Source of the DNA: Laetmonice hystrix
Lineage: Eukaryota
Direction: 5' to 3'
Length of the DNA: 60,000 nt
Assembly: GCA_965235115.1 (NCBI GenBank)
Contig: OZ249436.1
Span: 32,986,001-33,046,000, forward strand
How positions within the stretch are numbered: position 1 is the first letter of the stretch; each line of letters begins with the position of its first letter. Below are positions 51,951 through 60,000 of this stretch, in pieces. Both the position numbers and the translations under genes were made by a program. The notes under the pieces are model-generated. The model worked only from the letters and a program-made list of their open reading frames with translations. It made no database searches and had not been told where the DNA came from.

Positions 51951-52449
51951 CGTGCAGGGAACAAATGTGAAACTATCGTGGTAGTGATCATGGTGAAATC
52001 GTATGAGACCATGCAAGTTTCGTCACTGATGCACGGTGTTGAGAACCGTCTCAAGGTGAACAGGCCTGTATGCACCTTCTCCTTGGGGGAAAAGAGAGTT
52101 GCTAATAACCTATTACCTACCTCCTCAGTCCGTGCTGATAGGACAAAGTGCTCCATATGCGGGACTCATTGATATGTCCTTCCTTCAAAATATCAGCCAA
52201 TGGAAGCACGAGCTGTTTCTTGTCAGGCAGGTGGTATAATTAGTTTACTAGAGAAAGCAGTACCTTCCATCAACGGTCTGAACATTATGAAGAATGGGCT
52301 TTCCCTGATTAAGGCCTACATGAGACAGATGGAAATAACATCCACCACCTCCCACTTTGTGAACGTGAGGAACAGTGTAGTGTGCCTCTCCTTTCTGGAG
52401 AAGATAGAAAAAAGACAGCAATGTTTGCCATTTCTTTATTTCCTCCTAT

Positions 52450-52850
52450 CGCCGGCCTTATTACTCACTTTCTCGCATGGCGTTAAATCTCCATTCCAGA
52501 CAGCTCGCCCTGAGGACCTCGGGCCAGGTGAAGGTAGCATTACATCTGTATTCGATAGCCTCCAACCATGTGACACTGGTCTTGGTAACCCTTTTATTGA
52601 GCTTGCCGTTAACACTTGTCTGGGATTCGTTCTTACAATTCTTCAGTAATACAACATGGAGTGGAAGAGTCCTTAAGAGAGTCCTTTGCTTCACAATGAC
52701 GCTAACTGACATAGGGTGAGAGGTCACGGAGTCAGAGGGATACGTTGGTCTGCATGGACAACCTGCTTCGTACTTTCACACAATGTTCTATAGCATATGC
52801 CAAGAGTAAACTTGAAAACAGTTTTACACTTGGGTAATATATCCTAGTAT
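52450..52850 (-). pseudogene. Possible Kolobok transposase C-terminal remnant
   Basis: LLKNCKNESQTSVNGKLNKRVTKT resembles LL.KC..G.TQN.NES.N..IW.R.PKT. Confidence 0.3.
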
Positions 52851-55800
52851 TAAACAGACTTGACACAAAAGACACACAGTTTAAGAAGAGGAAGCACAGA
52901 CGTCTGTTCTGACAACATGTCAACAGCAACGATAAACACATGCACGTTACCTACAAAAAGAGTTCCGCCTATTTGTTGATACGTACCGCCCATATGTGTT
53001 CTACCTACAGTATCTCATGTTGCTAGCACGTCGATTGTTACACGGAGATCAGTGTCAATAACGTACGACGTCTGACGTTTCGGATCATGGTGACGTTAAC
53101 AACGTGGACCGTACTGTAATACACCGCTTTGTTTCATCCTTTAGAGATTCAATGGTCCTGATAAGTAGTATAAATCATGAGCCTCATTGTTAATGAATTG
53201 CAATTACTCTTACGATTTGGTTGGAAGAGAGTACTTAAGGCACATTAGCTTTGTTAATTGGTCTAATTAGGTAACTTTTTTTCTTTGCGCGATGGCACAT
53301 TTTGTAACCTTCCGCAGTATGGCAGGGGACGTTCATGACTATGGTGGTGCACCTCTAATAAACAGAACCCATCGAGTACAGTATATTGATAACAGCTAAA
53401 GCTTCAAACACAATGCATAGCAAATAGTTCTGTAGCCGTTTCAGTGTTAATTGTTGCGAGAGCGTGCCAGATACCTAAACTTTGTCAGGTATGTGGTCCA
53501 CACATGCAGCCTTAAAGAACGATTTAAAGGTTCAAGCTGTTATGCTATCAAGGTTGACTGAAATCTGAATTAAAGAAGTCAACAAAAGAACTCGTGTTGT
53601 ATTACAATATCCCTATACTGAAAAACTTTGCTTCCTCATTTTGACGAATGTACGGTTTGTCAGTCAGTATTGACGAATTTATAAAACAAGATTAGTCATT
53701 TTAACCCATATTAGTCATTTACTTGGCCACTACCAACATCACGTGTTGGAGTAAACTTGGATGGCGCCTGATTTTGTGGTGTATTTACTTCATGATTGTT
53801 ATATTCTTGAATAGTATATACTGGGTTTCATGATATAATTATCTGTTATGGACAAAAATCTGGCTACCTACATAAGAAATAAAGGAAAGGTTATAGACCT
53901 GAGTGTTCAAAGTACCGGACACCCATTTTTATAGTCGACGAGAGTTAAGACATTTTCTTTGTCACAGTTGAAACACAAAACAGTCACCGTCCTTGCCTAG
54001 CCGTAATTTTTGTAGGCAGTTGGATAGTCCATTTATGGCTCAATTTATGGGGAAGCTACTTGCCCAACGAAAGAAATTCTCAAATTCAATATTGTTCAAA
54101 TATTTAAATATTTGTCTATTTGACTAACCTAGGTTCGTCACTTTGACGAATGCTATTCCTCCTAAGACCTCCTTGACAATCTTTTTTTAAAAGTTAAATG
54201 TGTTTTGCTTTTAAAATAAACAGAAAGTCTGGCTATAAATTATATCACGAATTATTGCAATACTTCTTGTTGGTGATGTCTAGTCCTAGACAGACGCCTT
54301 CACTGCTGCCGTCAAACGCAAGTATGGGCGAAGTACCAACAAACTGGTGACCATGAAAAATTATACAGAAGTGGTGGTAAACCACACCGAGAGAAGATCA
54401 GCGTCTCCTGCGGACTGTCAAATTGTTATGACCGATTCGCGCAAATATAAGGTCACCTGGTTATCCGACACAGTATTGAAGGACTTTGTTTCCTGGCAAG
54501 ACCAGAAAAGAGACTTTAGATCAGTGCACTTTCAAGACCTATTGAGTAGTGTAGAAAATCGAATAAATTATTGTAACAAAGTACTTCAGACTTGACTTTG
54601 ATGTGTATTTCAATGTTGTAATACTTATGGCCAGGGTGTGTACATCATGCACGTACATAGCCGAAGTAATTTCGCTACATATAGGCTTACATTTGTGGTT
54701 AATCTGACATAGATGTCAATGGTGATTGTTGAGTAGATCTAACCTTATAAATACGTTGATTGGCTGCTTGCTTTCATGTTAAATTGCTTCACTGCAATAA
54801 ACTCAACAGGAATGTATAATACACCCGCACTTTCTGTGTGAAATAGTCTTACGAGGATGCGTATATATGCCATTTATATGGGGATTACATTCGCGATGTG
54901 ATTCTTCCTATCTGGTTTACATTATGCCGAGATTGTACACCTTGCGTAGTTTTCCCGCCTGTTTTGACCTTTGCATGAAGGAAGCAACATTTTTATGTTT
55001 TGTACTTGCGTGATTAAAATCACTGATTGAACAGATGATTATTCCTCATATCAAGTAATAAGGAATGCCGAGGGGTTGAATTATATGCCTGCACATTGTG
55101 GTCACATTGCTACAAGGAATGCGTACCATTCAGCCAACGCCCACGCACTAATGTATATATGCCCCGACGCGACAAGTGTCCCAGTCCCACAGACTTGTAC
55201 CCCCTTCACATCACTTTCACGTAGGTTTTAACTGTAAATAGAAGGATTCTGTCTCCACTATGTATACATAGTGTCTTCACAATTCATAGAATAGTATGCA
55301 CTTCCATTGGAAGCTGGGAATAGCTCATTGGATTGCTCTTGAATGGTAAAATAATTTATCGCTGCAATTATATCTCAAACGACCAAAACAATATTTTGTC
55401 GCAGAATCGGGGAGAGCCGCTGCATAGGACCGCACTTGGCTAGATCCAATAGGGACCATCTGTACCGTTTTAATACAAACATATGGTGAGAAAGATCGTG
55501 TTCGAAACAAAGCATCAGACCAAAGCACAATTTTTAATAGATTGTTATGCGAAGGGTCCAACTCGAGAATCGTCAGAGAACAAAAACTCACCTTGCGGAG
55601 AGAGGCTGCGTGCGTCCTGCCAGGCCGTGATCGCAGTGTCAACAACCGGCCCCTCAGGGTACGATTACCGGGCGCCTGTCCGACTCGGCGGGAACTCCCT
55701 CAGTGTCCCGGCGGGAACTCACTCAGTGCCCCGGCGGGCACGTGCGCAGAATTCCGACCCTTTTGTGAATGGCGCCCAGTGCTCCGCTCTGATGGGTGGC

Positions 55801-56506
55801 GGAATGGTCCAAGGCGGCAGGCATAGTCTGCAGCCGGCCCGAGGTGGATTGGGAATCCAATGTCCAACCCGTGTCAACTGATTATAATATGGATGGATTT
55901 GTGCTGGATGGGTAGGGGAGGGGTGAGCTATGCTGGCACAGTATAGGTTGTGTGTATATAAAGGTGTGTGTATATGATTAGGTGTATCAGGTCCCTAGAG
56001 AAGTGTATGTTTTATATTTTTGAGTATGTATCTATGAGTAAATGGGTTTTCTGTGCATAATCCCGTATAAAATGTTTATTCAAGGGACCTCCATATGGCC
56101 ATAATTATATCGGATTCAGTTCTTGCTATTAAGTTGTTGTATCAAGTGTCGGTATAGGCCTATGTAATATTATATCCAACCAATGACATCTGATATAATT
56201 ACTATCACAATCATTATTATATCCTCGTTAATGTAATTATACAAAAGACGATAGATGCAATATAATTATGTCCCCAGGGAATCGTACTATTGTAATGACA
56301 TATCTGTGAATCGTATAAAATGATTAAAGGTGAGAAACCTCAATTTGCGACTGTATATAAAGGTACGTATACGAAAACACTGTAGATGGCTTGTGGAATC
56401 GATTGGTAGATGTATACTCATGGGTGGATGTATGGGGGTGTATGTCAGGAATGTGAACAAAATCAACCATGTTATGATCTATACCGTCTCCACAGCGCCG
56501 CCTGCT

Positions 56507-56997
56507 TGCCGTCTGTTTTACTCCCAGGATCCATGGATCTGCCGTCTGTTTTACTCCTAGGATCCATGGATCTGCCGTCTGTTTTACTCCTAGGATCCAT
56601 GGATCTCTCGTCTGTTTTACTCCCAGGATTCATGGATCTGCCGTCTGTTTTACTCCTAGGATCCATGGATCTGCCGTCTGTTTTACTCCTAGGATCCATG
56701 GATCTGCCGTCTGTTTTACTCCCAGGATCCATGGATCTCTCGTCTGTTTTACTCCCAGGATCCATGGATCTGCCGTCTGTTTTACTCCTAGGATCCATGG
56801 ATCTCTCGTCTGTTTTACTCCCAGGATCCATGGATCTGCCGTCTGTTTTACTCCCAGGATCCATGGATCTGCCGTCTGTTTTACTCCTAGGATCCATGGA
56901 TCTGCCGTCTGTTTTACTCCCAGGATCCATGGATCTGCCGTCAGTTTTACTCCCAGGATCTGCCGTCTGTTTTACTCCCAGGATCCATGCATCTGCC
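56507..56997. repeat. 33-bp minisatellite, ~15 copies
   Basis: Unit GCCGTCTGTTTTACTCCYAGGATCCATGGATCT containing the palindrome GATCCATGGATC. Confidence 0.97.
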
Positions 56998-58331
56998 TGG
57001 AGGTGGCACGTTTATGGCACGATCCTTCGCTTTGATCCTGACTTATCCTTTCTGTTGGGTCGTCACGACCAGCGATTGTCCCACATATATCCTCATTATT
57101 TCCCAGGCCACTTAATCATCTAACCAGACAATGCCCCTTTTTTCTATCCTATATCATGATCTGAGATATTTGCTCAGCAGACTGTTCTTGTTCCACCAAT
57201 ACACAAACAGCTTTACATTATCACTTCCGCAAAGAATGAGTTGATGGAAATTGCATTTTAATGGAAGATTCATGTCAGCTATAAGAGTGGACTGGGCTTT
57301 GATAAGTGTAAGAGTTTCACTGCTCGGGGAAATGTTAGTTTATGTCTTTACAGAATATCGATTACCAATACATCTCTGAGGCTTGACAATTCCCTGTTTG
57401 AAGGGGGAAATAAAGATGAAGAGCGTAGACCTATAGATGAAGTGCGTTTTTGTGTGCAGCAAAATAAATCATACTCCCTTGAGCATATTTACGCCTTATA
57501 TGCCTAATTCAACATGATGATGATACATAGATCTATAGATGTGTTTTTGTTTATTTCTTATCGAACTTTCATGAGACGACACTTAAAATAATGGTTAGGT
57601 CCATCTGTTAAAATGATCTAGTCCTAACTACATCACGGGCGGGATTATGAACGTTAAAGGGAATTAATTACACCTTATGTTAGAAAAGTATTTCCGATAT
57701 AGCGAGCCGCTGGATGTTTGCACATTCATCTCAGACCAGATGCTAATCATGTTTTGTGCTTAGCCACGGGTCAGTGGGTCTGGGAGCGGATGAAGAGAGA
57801 CGGTATTTTTTTCGTGTAAAAATAATACGGACAGTCTTCTTTCTTGTCATTTTTCAGTGAAGCGTATATAACCTGCTTCAATGCAATCCATGGCTACAAC
57901 CCACGTAATTTCTCCTAAACGGTTGCTTCTTCTAAAATAATGATCCTATCTTTTAAAAAGGTTAACTTTTTCTAAAATACGCCCATCCTTTTTTTTTTGA
58001 AATGCTGGTTACATGTCTAAGCCGCATTTCATAGTTACCTGCTACAAGGTGGATGCCCCGCGTTCTCCGGTTTCATGTGGCTGAGGCGTAAATCGGTAAA
58101 GCTAAAGTCCAATACAGATCGAAATCGCCATGTCCTAACTTCACATGTTGCGAGTCTGATATGAACCACTTTTGCCCAGACTGTGCCACCAGAGAGGTTG
58201 TAGGTGGTGTCAGGCTAGGACGGATGACGAGGGTCATGTCCTGTCTCCTTCAACCTGTTCAGAAGATGTACGTCGATGTCATGATCCTCGGAAGATAGCC
58301 CCGACTGAAGCTGTTACAGGTAAATTATTAA

Positions 58332-58722
58332 AGGGAACCAATTACATCTTATGTTAGAAAAATTCCAACCTTGTCCGATATAGCTACCTGTTTGCAAATT
58401 CATCTCAGACCAGAAGCCAATCGTGTTTGGTAGAATATTGCCGTGTAGTCTGTCGTAAAGAAGAAACCCGGCTTCGGTACATCGTGGTCACGCTTGGTTT
58501 CGGTTTCGGCAGTAGTGCTCGCAGGTAGGAATGTCAACAAACTGGGGTAAAACGCGGTCGTATTTTTCAACGTCCAAGCGAAGAATGGCACGTTTGCTTG
58601 CCAGTTTGCTAATGTTAGAAGAAAATCGACAGAGTATGAGGTAGATTGTTGTAATATGATATATTTATATGCAGACAGGACAGGTTTTATCTGGAAAATT
58701 TGACGTAATAAATGGATTCCCT
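58332..58722. mobile_element. Kolobok-type MITE (391 bp)
   Basis: TTAA|AGGGAACCAATT ... AATGGATTCCCT|TTAA. A diverged second copy of its left ~110 bp starts at 57658, also after TTAA. Confidence 0.65.
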
Positions 58723-59682
58723 TTAACATCTCGTATGTGTACGTTCTATGACACGCCCTATGACGCACGTCCGTCCACAATGAGCAGATGGCTCCTTCAT
58801 TTCCGGTACGTAGATTGACGACGCGTGCAATGGGAATGAAGATGGTGGTAAAGCGGAACGTATAATGAATGCAAACACTTCTGTGGTCCTTTCATTGAAT
58901 AAAGGGAAAATCCCAAAGTAGAATTAATTATAATGTAGCTGGAAAAAATGCTGCAGACCTAATTATTACGCCGATTTATTGTAGCGACGAAGTAACATAT
59001 TTATCCTTAAGCTCCACGCTGTTTTAATTTTACAGTTATTAGAAATTAGAATCCGATATGGCAATTATACTGTGTATAAAGGTTATGGAGGTATAATTAG
59101 GCCCGTCAGTTTGGAAATGTGCCTGTCATTATAAGTTTGTAAATGAAAGTACGGATTATTGTGTTATTTGTGAGACTGTGAAACATCCATTGTTTGTTAA
59201 AAGTTTAATACTACTTTAAATCAGACTGAACAGGAAAGAAAAATGAGAAATATGATAGTGCATTTCCCACAGCCATTTTTTCATACAGTCTGAGAACCAA
59301 TTTTCTTGCACCAAGAAAGATTAAAGGTCCAGAAAAAGAATATCACGACCAGTAACGCCGAGATATAACGTACCTTTCACCCCCAGCTATGATGTAAAAT
59401 ATGATGATCATGCACTGGCCCGTGTGTGAGAAAAATGAAATAGTAGGACTCCGACATAGGACTCGACAGAGTTTACATTTCGAAATGGTAATGACGTGAG
59501 CGATTCTCCATAATTCACATTACAACTTCCAGGAAATTGAGTTTGGAGTCATGACCAACCGCAAGTGGAAGTAGACCGGCATGGAACATATTGGAATTCT
59601 ATTGTCGCAACTTTTTTCTTCACAACACCTTCTCCTTTATAAAACCATCTAGTGGATAAAACGGACGTTTTAATCATAGTCA

Positions 59683-60000
59683 GAATCCTATATGGGCTGT
59701 TTAAACCATACCTGAATCCCCTGAATCCTATATTGGCTGTTTAAACCATACCTGAATCCCATGAATCCTATATTGGCTGTTTAAACCATACCTGAATCCC
59801 ATGAATCCTATATTAGCTGTTTAAACCATACCTGAATCCCCTGAATCCCATATTGGCTGTTTAAACCATACCTGAATCCCCTGAGTCCTATATTGGCTGT
59901 TTAAACCATACCTTAATCCCCTCAATCCTATATTGGCTGTTTAAACCATACCTGAATCCCCTGAATCCCATATTGGCTGTTTAAACCATACCTGAATCCC
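59683..60000. repeat. 40-bp minisatellite, at least 8 copies, runs off the window
   Basis: Unit TTAAACCATACCTGAATCCCCTGAATCCTATATTGGCTGT. Confidence 0.97.

Noticed and set aside
56410..57123. 237-aa ORF with LPSVLLPGSMD repeats
   Set aside because: 33-bp minisatellite; no supporting gene structure.

Overview
Eukaryotic (metazoan, probably marine lophotrochozoan) genomic DNA dominated by transposon debris. Only two host genes can be supported: the first coding exon of a receptor-type guanylyl cyclase (Gyc32E-like; minus strand, 15909-16328, followed by an intron that appears to run off the window start) and a tRNA-Ala(CGC) gene (10081-10152, minus). The rest is a layered set of mostly non-autonomous elements whose ends can be read directly. 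These are a 3.17-kb element with 52-bp CAC-initiated TIRs and a 5-bp TSD (Transib/RAG-transposon signature) inserted into a decayed Kolobok-like gene; a 3.56-kb foldback built from two head-to-head arrays of a 157-bp unit; two nested Helentron/DINE-1-like elements, the outer one carrying a tRNA-derived Pol III cassette; a Harbinger MITE with a nested 7-bp-TSD element; and Kolobok-type TTAA elements. There are also several MITEs, decayed LINE, Gypsy and transposase fragments, and many minisatellites. All long ORFs in the supplied track other than the cyclase exon are tandem-repeat artefacts. No CRISPR array or prokaryotic system is visible. Family assignments of decayed coding fragments rest on motif recognition by eye and need HMM/Dfam confirmation.
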